Below, in pieces: positions 1-9,987 of a stretch of 64,000 bases of DNA (its first letter is position 1; each line of letters begins with the position of its first letter). Made by a program: the position numbers and the translations under genes. The stretch spans positions 42,109 to 106,108 of the forward strand of contig CAYGZQ010000006.1 of NCBI GenBank assembly GCA_964354375.1, read 5' to 3'. A model generated the notes under the pieces. The model saw nothing but the letters and a program-made list of their open reading frames with translations. It was not told where the DNA came from and ran no database searches. This DNA is from an uncultured Planctomycetota bacterium. Lineage in GTDB: Bacteria; JAJVIF01; JAPKYR01.

Positions 1-2
1 GC

Positions 3-1100
3 CTCACAAGTCTCGGACCGAGCGGCAAAGGGACGCTGCTCGCCGGGATACAGGTCAGGCATCCGTTCACCAACCCGAACCTGACGGGCTTCGATGTCCG
101 GGCGATCGCCATGTTCAACGGCAGCAAGACCTTCCCGGTCAGCGGGCTTTCGACGTCGGATCGGAACCTTGGGGATCCTGCGCTGGTGAACGCGGACGGA
201 TACACGACGCTGTACAATCCGTCCACCGTCGGCTCGGGCCCGAACGGTCTGCAGGGCTACCTGCAGGGTAAACTGGCGGCCAAGTCCGCGCCGTCCGCGA
301 AGCTGAACGGGTACAAGAGGCTCATTTCGACGGGCGCGACCAACACGCGGAACGCGCTATTTGCGGGCGACACGGTCGGAACATCATTCGAGATCGACAA
401 ACCATCCGGGCCTTTCATGTTCGGCTATGCGGTCGATGCGTCCTGGGCGCCGCCGCTGGTCAAGCCGGTGAGCGATCCGTTGAACGATTTCGGACCGGAG
501 GCCAACTGTCCCGAGCCGTGGAAGATGGTTGTCACGGAGCAGAAGACCGGGGACGGTTTGACGGACCAGGGCGGACAGACGTCTTTCCAGATCGACGTAT
601 ACGATTGGCAAGGCAAGGCGAGCCATGGCCTGCCGGTAATCGAGGCGCCGGAGCTGTTCAGCGGGATTGTTGCGGCATCGTGGACCGGGGATTTCGCCGG
701 CTACTCGAGATACCAGGCCACGATCAACAATCAGAAACTCGCCGGCGAAGGCACCTATCTTGTGCTTGTGAAGGTCGAGGACTTCGACAACTCAGGGTCG
801 CCGTCCTGGCTCAATCTCACGGCTTACCAGATCATCAAGGTGAGCGTTACCGCGTCGGTTACGTGGACGAACACGATCAAGGACATACTGAATGCGAACT
901 GCGGGTCGTGCCATGTGCAGGGCACGTCCGGCGGCGTGAGTTTCAAGACGTACCAGACGACTATGCAGGTGGTTGTGGCGGAGCAGCCGATGCAGAGCCT
1001 GATCTACACGACGATCTACCAGGGCGACCATTTCGGTCACCTGTCGGCGAGCGAGCTCGACACGTTGTTCAACTGGATCACAGACGGCGCGCCTGAATAA
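3..1100 (+). CDS. 5'-truncated member of the window's conserved lipoprotein family, with a C-terminal monoheme cytochrome c domain
   Basis: Frame is open from base 3 (LTSLGPSGKGTLLAGIQVRHPFTNPNLTGFDVRAIAMFNG). Family motifs LVNADGYTT, GYAVDASWAPP and PEANCPEPW are present. The C-terminus has NCGSCH (CxxCH). Confidence 0.8.
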   Translation, partial: LTSLGPSGKGTLLAGIQVRHPFTNPNLTGFDVRAIAMFNGSKTFPVSGLSTSDRNLGDPALVNADGYTTLYNPSTVGSGPNGLQGYLQGKLAAKSAPSAKLNGYKRLISTGATNTRNALFAGDTVGTSFEIDKPSGPFMFGYAVDASWAPPLVKPVSDPLNDFGPEANCPEPWKMVVTEQKTGDGLTDQGGQTSFQIDVYDWQGKASHGLPVIEAPELFSGIVAASWTGDFAGYSRYQATINNQKLAGEGTYLVLVKVEDFDNSGSPSWLNLTAYQIIKVSVTASVTWTNTIKDILNANCGSCHVQGTSGGVSFKTYQTTMQVVVAEQPMQSLIYTTIYQGDHFGHLSASELDTLFNWITDGAPE

Positions 1101-1137
1101 TGACTCGCGCGCATTTGTCAGTACAGCTTCACAAACC

Positions 1138-1171
1138 GACCCGGCCTCACGTGGGGCCGGGTCGCGTCTTT
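1138..1171 (+). terminator. Probable intrinsic terminator / stem-loop
   Basis: GACCCGGCCTC-ACGT-GGGGCCGGGTC hairpin followed by GCGTCTTT, just after the stop at 1100. Confidence 0.45.
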
Positions 1172-1175
1172 GGCA

Positions 1176-1243
1176 GCAGGGGCACGGCATGCCGTGCCCC
1201 TACGTGATGCCGCATGAATGGCAGGCTGGAAAGCCTGCCCCAC
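1176..1243. repeat. Two REP-like palindromes (GxAGGGGCACGGCATGCCGTGCCCCTAC and GGCAGGCTGGAAAGCCTGCCCCAC)
   Basis: The first type recurs at about 5159, 39544 and 40979; the second recurs at 50211-50279. Confidence 0.75.
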
Positions 1244-1491
1244 ATGCCCCCCCTATAATCCCCCCCGGAGGACCGGGTGGGATGGTAAGTTTGAAACATG
1301 CATGAATACGGGATTCACAAGGGACCCTCCCCCCTGCGAAGCGGGGAGGATTGAGCGTGAACCCCGGCTTCTTGAACAGTCCTCTACGCGCGGGGTCCTG
1401 ACCACGATGGAAAAAATGCTATAATATCATATCATCAAACACGGGTGTTCCCATGTTGAATTCCGATCCAGGTACCCCGGGAGTGTCTGCC

Positions 1492-4344
1492 ATGAAAACC
1501 AGATTCCAGGCCCGACTGGCCGCCGTGCCGGTCGTTATCGTCATCCTTCTGTCGTGGGTGGTGCTGAGCTGCTCGTCAGGATCGCAGGGACCGCTGAGTC
1601 CCGACATAACGGGAAAGGCGCAATCGTCAGCCGCAAGCGTCCCGGATCGTGTGCTGTGGGGAATATGGAACGTGAGTATCGATCCTGAAAGCATGACGGC
1701 GGGCGTCACGCCGCTGAGGACGGGCGAGTTCACGGCCAACGTGACCCGATTCATGCAGCCGCCGTTAAGCCCGGTCCACATGGTGAGCATAAAGGTCGAT
1801 GGATCGAGCGATCCGTCCAGCGGCCACTTCGTGGTCGATGTGACGCTAAGGCACCCGTTCCCCGGCTTGAACATGTACAACGGGTTCGACGTCCGGGGCA
1901 TCCTCTTTTCGAACGGCTCGATCACCGGGTCTTATGACAGCACCGTTCTTCGGGCCGGGCCCGACGACACGCGCCTTGTCAACGCGGACGGGTACACGCG
2001 ATGGTGGAACTGGGAGGAGTTCAAATCGTACGAGACCATCTTCGGCGCGACCCAGGGGAAACTCGCACCGCCGGTGCATCCCACGGGCACGGTGAACGGG
2101 TACAAGTACTTCGCGCAGGGACTGGATCTTGAGGATCCGGTGACCGCGCTTGACCCGGCATCGAGAGGATTCTTCCCCACCAATCCGGGCGCTTTTGCGA
2201 GGCGGTACGATATCCAGTTCAGAATGGACGGGGGGACGCCGGCGTTCGATTTCAACTATGCGGTAGACGCGAGCTGGGATCAGCCCGACCCGTCATTCGC
2301 TCCCGAGTACCCGCAGGAGGCGTTTTCGCTTTATGCGAACTGCCAGGAAGCGTTTAATATCGTTCTGACCGACGCAGGATCGAACGCTTACTATATCGAC
2401 GATTCGCAGAAAGGCGGGAAATTCGTTCTGGACATAGAGGTTTTCGACTGGCAGGGCGGCGACAATGGCGATGTGCCCGGCGAGATCAGCGGGATATGGC
2501 TTGAGGGCGACGTGCTCGGAGGAGCGGTGGATGTCAAGGCGAGCGCAACAGTGCTCCCGGGAACCACCATCAACTCATCGATTTTCGAGATAGAGATCGC
2601 TTCGCTTAACCTCACCGGATCGGGCGATTTCGAGGTATTCGGGACGGTTGAGAGCGCCGATCCCGCCACGTATGAACCGCAGGTTCCGGGCGGCGACCTG
2701 TTCAAGTACCCGGATGCCCCCCTGGCTGCGTACTTCGTGAGCACGGTCAAGGTCAGCGGGGAACTGCCCAATCCGGCGCCGACGGTGACGAGCATCGATC
2801 CCGACGAAGGGATACCGGACTGCACGGAGGAGCATGTCACGGTGGGGGGCGCGAATTTCATGGACGGAGCGACCTTCCGGCTGGAGAAGACCGGCCAGAC
2901 GCCGATCGAGGCGATTGATGCAGTGTATGTTGATGCCAACACTCTGGAGGGAGACCTCGATCTTCTGGGCGCGGCTGTGGGGGCGTGGAACGTGGTTGTC
3001 GAGAATCCGGACAGCCAGACGGGGTCACTGCCCAACGGTTTCACGGTGCTGGATGTGCTGTACGTCGACGGCGACAATGCGGGCGATCCGTCCATGAACG
3101 GAAGCTCAAGCCATCCGTTCGACACGATTCAGAAGGGGATCGATGCGGCGGCAGCGCAGGGCAACAAGCCGGTCCTGGTAGACCAATGCGCCGCCAATTA
3201 CGCGCCGTTCGCGCTGAAGAACAACAGCCACGTGATCGGCTGCAACTGGAACGACGGAGTGGGCTGGCCGACGGTCATGCAGACCAATGCCAACACGTAC
3301 GGGACCTCAATCAGCAACGCGACGGTGGAAGGCCTGTTTTTCAACATGACCATTTCCTCCGGGGACACGGCCATGTACTTCAACCAGGGCAGCAACCTGA
3401 CACTCAGAGGATGCAAGTTCTCCGGGGTTACGTCGACGATCTACGGATATTTCCTGAGGTTCTATCAGTCGTCTTACGTGGAGATCGACTACTGCGAATT
3501 CACAAAGATCTACCATCGGGGTTCGGACACGGCATGGAGAGCTCTGTATCCGTTGTATTTCGGCGGGACGAATTACATCAACGTTCATAACAGCGAGTTC
3601 CACGACATCGGCTTTGACATTCCGGACGCGGGAGCGTTCGGGAACTCTCTGACCGTGATACGCGCAGGCTATGACAACGTCAGTCCGCACAATGTAGATC
3701 TCCATAATCTCCTTATCTACAACATTTTCGACAAGACCAACTGCATCCGACCTTCGCCGAACCCGGATCCTCAGAACTGGCTCACTGTTCTCAGTCTAAG
3801 CAACATCAACTCGTTCGACTGGGTCGGGTACTTCAAGCTCTACAACATCACGGTCGACGACATTCGCCATGCGGATCCGCCGTCGACGACGATTGTCCAT
3901 GCGGGCCATGTCAACGCGTCGTACATGGCGATGGTCGGCGGCGATCCGCGAGTGTGGAAGAACAACATCGCGTCCAACATAGAACCCACCGATGAGAACA
4001 TGGTGTCCGGGAACAGCTCATACTATGGATGGTGGGTCGACAACTATGTTCAGCCGCCGCCAACGCCTCAGCCGATGGATTACTCCCTGTGCTTCAATAT
4101 CGGCTATCCGCTTCCGCAGGGAGCGAACTCGTGGCAATGGGCGAGCGGTTTCGTGAACCAGTGTTCGGCGGGAACCGGGAGCTATCAGAACTACCAGCAG
4201 ATCGATCCGCAGTACGACATGACTCCGGGGTCGGATTTCTACCATCCCACGAACACGCTGATCTCAGAGGGTGGGGATGACGGGGGCGAGATGGGCGCAT
4301 TCGGAGGTCCGGAGGGGGAGTGGATTCCGCCGAGCCAGTTATGA
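1492..4344 (+). CDS. Conserved-family lipoprotein with an IPT/TIG Ig-like domain and a C-terminal parallel beta-helix (pectate-lyase-like) domain
   Basis: Lipobox VVLSC. Family motifs LWGIW, HPFPGLNMYNGFDVRGI, LVNADGYTRWW and NYAVDASW. PAPTVTSIDP...VTVGGANF is IPT-like; LYVDG...GSSSHPFDTIQKGIDAA is a beta-helix cap. Start moved to ATG 1492, after GGGAG. Confidence 0.75.
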   Translation: MKTRFQARLAAVPVVIVILLSWVVLSCSSGSQGPLSPDITGKAQSSAASVPDRVLWGIWNVSIDPESMTAGVTPLRTGEFTANVTRFMQPPLSPVHMVSIKVDGSSDPSSGHFVVDVTLRHPFPGLNMYNGFDVRGILFSNGSITGSYDSTVLRAGPDDTRLVNADGYTRWWNWEEFKSYETIFGATQGKLAPPVHPTGTVNGYKYFAQGLDLEDPVTALDPASRGFFPTNPGAFARRYDIQFRMDGGTPAFDFNYAVDASWDQPDPSFAPEYPQEAFSLYANCQEAFNIVLTDAGSNAYYIDDSQKGGKFVLDIEVFDWQGGDNGDVPGEISGIWLEGDVLGGAVDVKASATVLPGTTINSSIFEIEIASLNLTGSGDFEVFGTVESADPATYEPQVPGGDLFKYPDAPLAAYFVSTVKVSGELPNPAPTVTSIDPDEGIPDCTEEHVTVGGANFMDGATFRLEKTGQTPIEAIDAVYVDANTLEGDLDLLGAAVGAWNVVVENPDSQTGSLPNGFTVLDVLYVDGDNAGDPSMNGSSSHPFDTIQKGIDAAAAQGNKPVLVDQCAANYAPFALKNNSHVIGCNWNDGVGWPTVMQTNANTYGTSISNATVEGLFFNMTISSGDTAMYFNQGSNLTLRGCKFSGVTSTIYGYFLRFYQSSYVEIDYCEFTKIYHRGSDTAWRALYPLYFGGTNYINVHNSEFHDIGFDIPDAGAFGNSLTVIRAGYDNVSPHNVDLHNLLIYNIFDKTNCIRPSPNPDPQNWLTVLSLSNINSFDWVGYFKLYNITVDDIRHADPPSTTIVHAGHVNASYMAMVGGDPRVWKNNIASNIEPTDENMVSGNSSYYGWWVDNYVQPPPTPQPMDYSLCFNIGYPLPQGANSWQWASGFVNQCSAGTGSYQNYQQIDPQYDMTPGSDFYHPTNTLISEGGDDGGEMGAFGGPEGEWIPPSQL

Positions 4345-5158
4345 GCAAACAGTGGATAGGAGGCCGACAATGATAAGAAACATGGTCGTACTCACTTCAC
4401 TATCATCTCTGATGGTGATCGCATTGGCGGGATGTCCCCATTGGGCGACCAGGACGCAGGTTCCGCAGGGAATCTCGCAAGCGTCGGGAAACCAGACAGT
4501 CGACCCGACATCGGAGTCGGAGAATCCGTGGTCGCGCTTATCTTACGAGCCATTGACGGCCGATAAGCTTGCCGACATCGAGGATATCACCTGGCACTTC
4601 AACTTCCGGACATACGACGACTCAACGCCGCCAGAGGCCATGTGGGCCATGTTCCGTACTCCCTATTTCAAGGGTTTCAGAGAGACCCAGGGAGCGGAGA
4701 GTACAGGATTCGATATCCTGCCAGGGACGCATGAATACGAGTGGGAATTCGCTGACGAGGAGCCATTCCTTGATCTGCTTGAATACGTCCGGACTCACCC
4801 CGATGTGCTGCTGGACGGCTCCGAGTGGACGGGGCCTGATCCTCACTGGTGGCACCTGCCCGATGGCGTGGATGAGTTCTTTGTGTTGTCGATAAACGTA
4901 CCGAACGATACAAATCTGTACGGCTGTGCAAAGGGCATCGTTCCGGGTGAGGCCGTGGATGAGGATATCCAGTACGTCATGGATCAACTAGCGCTCTTCA
5001 GGGACGAGCTTCTTCTTCATCCGATTGTTACTCCGTTGCGCTAAGCCGGGCTGTCAGCGCAACCGCAGTCTTTCCCCTAAGCTCTAACCAGCGTCTGAGA
5101 GCGGTTTCCAGTTGCTCCTGCGAAACCTGTTGGGCTGTGTCCCGTTATGAGCAAACAG
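4338..5158 (+). repeat. 15-bp direct repeat GTTATGAGCAAACAG (4338-4352 and 5144-5158) bracketing the 4370-5044 gene
   Basis: Exact match read from the sequence. Confidence 0.8.
4370..5044 (+). CDS. Hypothetical lipoprotein
   Basis: AGGAGG SD before ATG 4370; hydrophobic signal with LAGC lipobox. Confidence 0.7.
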   Translation: MIRNMVVLTSLSSLMVIALAGCPHWATRTQVPQGISQASGNQTVDPTSESENPWSRLSYEPLTADKLADIEDITWHFNFRTYDDSTPPEAMWAMFRTPYFKGFRETQGAESTGFDILPGTHEYEWEFADEEPFLDLLEYVRTHPDVLLDGSEWTGPDPHWWHLPDGVDEFFVLSINVPNDTNLYGCAKGIVPGEAVDEDIQYVMDQLALFRDELLLHPIVTPLR

Positions 5159-5231
5159 CGGGGGCACGGCATGCGAAAGGTCCGATGGCTGACGCCATCG
5201 GGTACGCGCTCGCTGACGCTCGCGCTTCAGA
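5159..5231. repeat. Truncated GTAG-type REP plus a CGATGGCTGACGCC...CGCGCTTC REP-like element
   Basis: The second element matches the inverted/tandem units at 58304-58470. Confidence 0.6.
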
Positions 5232-5255
5232 CCCGGACTTGAGAGAGTTCGAGCA

Positions 5256-8084
5256 TCAATCCTGCGGTTGAGTCTTGTCTGTGGTGATCACGATCTCGCG
5301 TTGCGACGGTCCGACCTGGAAGTCCAGATCATGGAGAGAATCGCCGGGCGCGACGTCGATTTCGTAGAGGTCCGGGGGAAGGATCTCAAAGCCCCGGGGG
5401 AGGCGATCGGGCAGGAGAACGACGGTGTAGGTGCCGGGCAGCAAGTCGGAGAAAACGAAGCGGCCGTTGGAGTCGGTGAACCTGTAGACACTTGCGTCCT
5501 TTCCGCGGAGCTCGACGACCAGGTCGGTGAGGGGGAGCATAGAAGCGGCCTGTCCGGGAGACGCGGGGACCGCGATGAAGACCCGACCCTGCACTGAGGC
5601 GGTACGAATGACGGGGATCTCGAGATCGGTGGTATCGCCGGCCCCGATGGTGAAAACGAGGGGCAGGTCGATGACGGGCGCTATGCCGACGCCCAGGGTG
5701 GCTGAATCGATCGTGAGTTGATACCGGCCGGGATCGAGAACGGGGAAAGCGAAGTAGCCGTAGTCGTCGGTGATCACATCGATTCCGTCGACGCTGATCC
5801 TGACATTTCGCAGACCCAGGTCGGGATTATCGGCCATGAAGACCTTTCCGTCGGCGCTGCCCATGCGAGGGAACATACCCATGGGGATGCTGATGGGCTG
5901 AGAGAATTCGAGGGCCACCTCGGTATCGTCGCCGAAGGCGCCGCTGTAGGACCTGACGCGCAGGCTCACGTCACGATTCCTCAGAGCTTTCCAGTTCAGC
6001 GACCCGTAGATGTCCGTTCGTCCGCCGAGAAAGCCGCCGGTGCTTCTCTGGGCATTCAATGAGAATCGAAGGTCTTCAGCGAGTCGGAGCTGGGTGCCGA
6101 GCGTGAAATTGGAGGTAGGATCGCTCTCCTCGCCGCTGTTAAGGGAGAGCCGACCGAGAGAGCAACCCATTCTCAGGGAAGCGTCGCGGCTCAAACGCAT
6201 GGCGAAATCAAGCATCAGGGACCTGGTCACTTCGTGGTCGCCGCTGATCCTGTAAACATCGGTCTGGTGTTCGAACCCGCCCGTGGCGGAGAAATCATCC
6301 CATGTCCTGGTGAGGGAATAGACGGTGGTGCGTGTCGCGTGATCGTAGGAATTCAGCGTATCATCGCGGTCGCGGGAAACTCTGTGGGACAAACTCAGGC
6401 GTCCGAGGTCACCGAGAGTCCAGGAGGCCCCGAACCCTGCGTCCTTGGCGCAGCGTCCCTCGATGTCGGGGTCGTTTGTCACATTTCCCTGGGATTCGCT
6501 GAAGTGCGCCCAGATTCCGACCTCGTCGATGGGGCTGATCCGCAGGTTCAGACGCTTCAGCTCGGTGTCGCGCCAGCCGCCGCGAAACCATCGGCCCGCC
6601 CGCAGCCATTCGCAGTTGGCGGAGAAATACTCCTCCCTGTAGTCGCCGCTGAAGCGCCAGGCGGTATCGGCGTCATGCAGGTTGGAGTGCGACCAGGCGA
6701 ATTCGCCGGTCAACTCGGCGCCTTCGCACGGAACATATCCAGCCATGATGCCGATGTTCGTGGATTTTTCCTTTTGCGCCGGGGGAAGGCCTGATGGAGT
6801 AGTCTCGGAATCAGTCAAGGCTGTCAGACGCATGACGCCCGAGTCATCGTCTCCAAAGACCAGCTGAATCCCCGCGTTTTCCCTGGGCGCGCTGGTTCGA
6901 GTTCGCGCGAAGAAGAGCCTGAGATCGCTCGGGTCGCCAAGCAGGAAAACGTCGCCTCCGCGACCGGACACATAGCGCTCCATCAACGGCGACTCGAGGT
7001 TCAAGAGAAGGTCGCCGGCCCGGACATAGCCCACGTTCTCATCGGTGAACGCAGCCCAGACCCTCTGGCTTTGGACAAAGGTCCCGGAAGAGTCCCCACC
7101 GAGAAGGAGGTTACGAAGGCCGAGGCTCAGCGTTCTGTCATCGCCGAGGTCGGCTTCGAGAGGGCAGAGCGAAAACATATAGGAGAGATCGCGATTGTCC
7201 TGGAGAGATGTGGTAACCTGCATCTCGCCTTCCAGGCTCGCGTAGATGGATCCCGGGAGCCGTTGCGGGATGACGCGGGTGGATGTGCTCGCCTGCGCTT
7301 CCAACTCTGATTCCGGGGCACCAAAGGGGCGGGCGACAACGCACAGGCGGTAGGTCACCGATCCGGGCAAATCGTCCGGAATCGCGGTCTGCACAACGAC
7401 ATCGCCGCTCCGACCCGGGTCCAGCGCCAGAGCGAAGTCCGGCGGGCTTACGGACACGGGCCACACCGGGTCGGACTCGATGTCAACTTGGACATTGGCC
7501 GCAGCGTTGCCGAGGTTGAAGACAGTGAAGGTCTGAGTGAGAATATCGCCGGTGGTGGCTTCGGCGCGACCGGGGCGACCGGCAATCACCTGCAGTCGAA
7601 CGACAGGCAAGACGGCGACGGTGATGTCGGCGGTCAAGGAATCCGACGGCATCCATCCTGCAGGGGAGGCTCTGAGCGTGAGCAAGTAGTCGCCGGCGAG
7701 GGCATCGGCAGGTATGGTGACGCACACGAAAACGACGCCGGATTCGCCATGGCCAAGCTCAAGTGTGTCGGGCACTGCGGAATATTGCCAGCCTGGAGGG
7801 GTATCCGCGGAGATGTTGCATGTACCGGGCGCCCGAGCGGAATTGGTGAGCCGGATAGAGGCGGTGAGCATCTGGCGCGGCGCGATCTCGACAAGGGAAG
7901 GGGAGAGAAGCTCAATGCGCATGCCGCCTGGGTCGGCGAAAGCGAGGGAAGGGAGAAAGAGAGTCGAGAGGAAGAACAAGAGGATGAAAAAGCGGACACA
8001 CCCGGACAGATCGCCCTTCTTCGACAATCCGAATGCGTCAATCACCAACAGTGTCGCCAACCCCATCCTCTTACCTATTGTCAT
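5256..8084 (-). CDS. Usher-like outer-membrane protein: N-terminal Ig-like (NEW3/COG1470-like) domains, central beta-barrel-like region, C-terminal carboxypeptidase-regulatory/SdrD-B-like domains
   Basis: Signal peptide (…LFLPSLAFA). Ig-like TFTVFNLGN…LALDPGRSGDVVV. Amphipathic beta-strands in the middle. TDDYGYFAFPVLDPGRYQLTID and TDSNGRFVFSDLLPGTYTV repeats. Last gene of the operon. Confidence 0.6.
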   Translation of the reverse strand: MTIGKRMGLATLLVIDAFGLSKKGDLSGCVRFFILLFFLSTLFLPSLAFADPGGMRIELLSPSLVEIAPRQMLTASIRLTNSARAPGTCNISADTPPGWQYSAVPDTLELGHGESGVVFVCVTIPADALAGDYLLTLRASPAGWMPSDSLTADITVAVLPVVRLQVIAGRPGRAEATTGDILTQTFTVFNLGNAAANVQVDIESDPVWPVSVSPPDFALALDPGRSGDVVVQTAIPDDLPGSVTYRLCVVARPFGAPESELEAQASTSTRVIPQRLPGSIYASLEGEMQVTTSLQDNRDLSYMFSLCPLEADLGDDRTLSLGLRNLLLGGDSSGTFVQSQRVWAAFTDENVGYVRAGDLLLNLESPLMERYVSGRGGDVFLLGDPSDLRLFFARTRTSAPRENAGIQLVFGDDDSGVMRLTALTDSETTPSGLPPAQKEKSTNIGIMAGYVPCEGAELTGEFAWSHSNLHDADTAWRFSGDYREEYFSANCEWLRAGRWFRGGWRDTELKRLNLRISPIDEVGIWAHFSESQGNVTNDPDIEGRCAKDAGFGASWTLGDLGRLSLSHRVSRDRDDTLNSYDHATRTTVYSLTRTWDDFSATGGFEHQTDVYRISGDHEVTRSLMLDFAMRLSRDASLRMGCSLGRLSLNSGEESDPTSNFTLGTQLRLAEDLRFSLNAQRSTGGFLGGRTDIYGSLNWKALRNRDVSLRVRSYSGAFGDDTEVALEFSQPISIPMGMFPRMGSADGKVFMADNPDLGLRNVRISVDGIDVITDDYGYFAFPVLDPGRYQLTIDSATLGVGIAPVIDLPLVFTIGAGDTTDLEIPVIRTASVQGRVFIAVPASPGQAASMLPLTDLVVELRGKDASVYRFTDSNGRFVFSDLLPGTYTVVLLPDRLPRGFEILPPDLYEIDVAPGDSLHDLDFQVGPSQREIVITTDKTQPQD

Positions 8085-8093
8085 TCCCCCTTA

Positions 8094-8975
8094 TCACTCG
8101 GCAGGCGGAGTCTCTGCAGGCTTCAACTCCATTGTTCCCTGGGCTGCCACGAGTTTCGGAGCACCGTAGTCGGAGATTACCATCACAAGGTAGGTGCCCG
8201 GACCCAGCGACAGATCCCTCAGCCCGAAAACATAGTTGCGTGAGCTTTCGGGAAGCACGGTTTGCCGAACATAGTCCTGTCTGTAAATGACTTCGCCTGT
8301 AGAATCGTGGATCTCAAGCCATGTCTGGGGCCTCATGTAGACGTTGCCCTTGTTCTCAAAGGCGGCGGTAACATCGAAACCGCCCTCGACCTGCTCGATC
8401 AGCAAGTCGGTAAAGCTCGCGTCAAGCACCTCGGTGTACTGAAAGGTCGCGAAGATTTTGACGGCATATCGGAAGATAGTGGTGATGCCGACGTGCATAC
8501 CTTCATCGCGCGGCGCCTCAACGCCCGGCTCAGGCAGGGGAATTTCCTCGACGAAGACGACGCCCCAATAGCTTCCCTCCAGCGTCGGGTCGTCGGGCAA
8601 GTTGACCTCGCAGTTCACTTCCCGCGTTTCGTCCGGCGCGAGCTCCATCTGGTCGGGGCTGAAGGTCATCCATTTCAGGAGGGAGCGGACCTCCTGATCG
8701 CCCTTTTCGTCGTACACGTAGTCAGGAGTATCCCCCCGAACACGGACCCAGTCGCCGGTATAGACCCTGAGCACTTTGGTCTCTTCGGACAGATTGGTGA
8801 CACTGAAGGTGGCGGTAATCCTTTCGCCGGGCAGGACGACGAAATCCAGGTTGCCGTACGCAACCGAGAATCCCTGGGTGCTTGCCGGCGATGCAGCGAG
8901 GAAGAGGAGGATGAGCGCGACCGCGACCGGGATGATAATTCTTGGTCGGGAGCAGGCAATTGATGTGACGGTCAT
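8094..8975 (-). CDS. PapD/DUF916-like periplasmic pilus chaperone
   Basis: GAGGA SD, ATG at 8975, signal peptide. PGERITATFSVTN…KWMTFSPDQMELAPDETREV…GSYWGVVFVE and ENKGNVY pattern of two Ig domains. Confidence 0.6.
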   Translation of the reverse strand: MTVTSIACSRPRIIIPVAVALILLFLAASPASTQGFSVAYGNLDFVVLPGERITATFSVTNLSEETKVLRVYTGDWVRVRGDTPDYVYDEKGDQEVRSLLKWMTFSPDQMELAPDETREVNCEVNLPDDPTLEGSYWGVVFVEEIPLPEPGVEAPRDEGMHVGITTIFRYAVKIFATFQYTEVLDASFTDLLIEQVEGGFDVTAAFENKGNVYMRPQTWLEIHDSTGEVIYRQDYVRQTVLPESSRNYVFGLRDLSLGPGTYLVMVISDYGAPKLVAAQGTMELKPAETPPAE

Positions 8976-9022
8976 GCGGATTTCCTCAAAGCGAGCGGGG
9001 GACGGCGATGCAGGCCCCACCG

Positions 9023-9487
9023 CTAAATTGGCTCGATCGTGAAAACGAGGCTGGTGCGGTACTCGCCGGGCGCGTCGGTGAGCCAGTCGAGCAGCACCAT
9101 AACATCGATATAGATAACGCCGGAGCCGGTGTCTGCGCCCCATGCGACTTCTGCCGAATCCTGCCTGACGGGCAGCCAAACCTGCTCGTCCGACGGCTTC
9201 CAACGAAGGTCGTCCAGTGGCTTGACGCTGCGAGTGTCATCGCTCATACCCAGGTCGGGATCGATGGAGCTTACCGTGAGGCGCCACGGGACATCGCTCT
9301 CCCAGTACACCGGGAGCTTCGTGATCATAACGTATCCGTTGGTGAACTCCTCTTCGCCGACGATGCCGAGGTTGATGCGATCGGCACTGATCGTCTGGTC
9401 GGCGAGCGCAGGAGCAGACCAGATCGAGAAAGCCAGAATCGCAGCCAGGAAAGCAGGGATAGATTGTCTGGGGGAGATTCTTTTCAT
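9023..9487 (-). CDS. Secreted pilin/WxL-like subunit
   Basis: Signal peptide (APALA); SDVPWRLTV and C-terminal PGEYRTSLVFTI strand. Confidence 0.55.
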   Translation of the reverse strand: MKRISPRQSIPAFLAAILAFSIWSAPALADQTISADRINLGIVGEEEFTNGYVMITKLPVYWESDVPWRLTVSSIDPDLGMSDDTRSVKPLDDLRWKPSDEQVWLPVRQDSAEVAWGADTGSGVIYIDVMVLLDWLTDAPGEYRTSLVFTIEPI

Positions 9488-9987
9488 GGTGCTGTGAGTT
9501 CGAGAACGATGTAGCCGTAGCGGTACTCGCCCGGGACATCTTCGAGAGGATCGAGGGCGACCCTGAAGGCGATGGGATACGATTGGTGGTCGACGGGTCC
9601 GCCGACGCAGACCTCGACGGGAAGTGTGTCCAGCGGGACAAACTCGCTACCATCGTATGACCAATATATATCGCTTACCGGCTTCGGCCACGGACCTTCC
9701 CAGGTGGGATCGGTTCCGCGAATGCTGAGCACCCAGTCGACGTTGGCGCAGACGGTAGCGTTCCAGGACTGCTCCACGGTCCAGCCGGCGATGAGCTCGG
9801 ACCCGCCCGGGTCGAGGTAGACGCTCTCGGCATCGAGAGTCAGCGATCGCACTTCGGAGATGACGATGGAGAAATCGGATTCGGATTCCCCGACAGCAAG
9901 AGAGGGCAAGGGCACTGCCAGCAGGAAGAAACCTGCGAGGATTACTTGCGCGAAGGCAGCCGTATGTCTACTGCTCAAATGTCTCAC
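9484..9987 (-). CDS. Secreted pilin/WxL-like subunit
   Basis: Signal peptide; ANVDWVLSI and C-terminal PGEYRYGYIVLELTAP; overlaps the next gene by ATGA. Confidence 0.55.
   Translation of the reverse strand: MRHLSSRHTAAFAQVILAGFFLLAVPLPSLAVGESESDFSIVISEVRSLTLDAESVYLDPGGSELIAGWTVEQSWNATVCANVDWVLSIRGTDPTWEGPWPKPVSDIYWSYDGSEFVPLDTLPVEVCVGGPVDHQSYPIAFRVALDPLEDVPGEYRYGYIVLELTAP

Noticed and set aside
5081-5150. A canonical integron attC site
   Set aside because: AAC/GTT cores are present, but I find no convincing L''/L' pairing and no integrase; kept only as a direct-repeat finding
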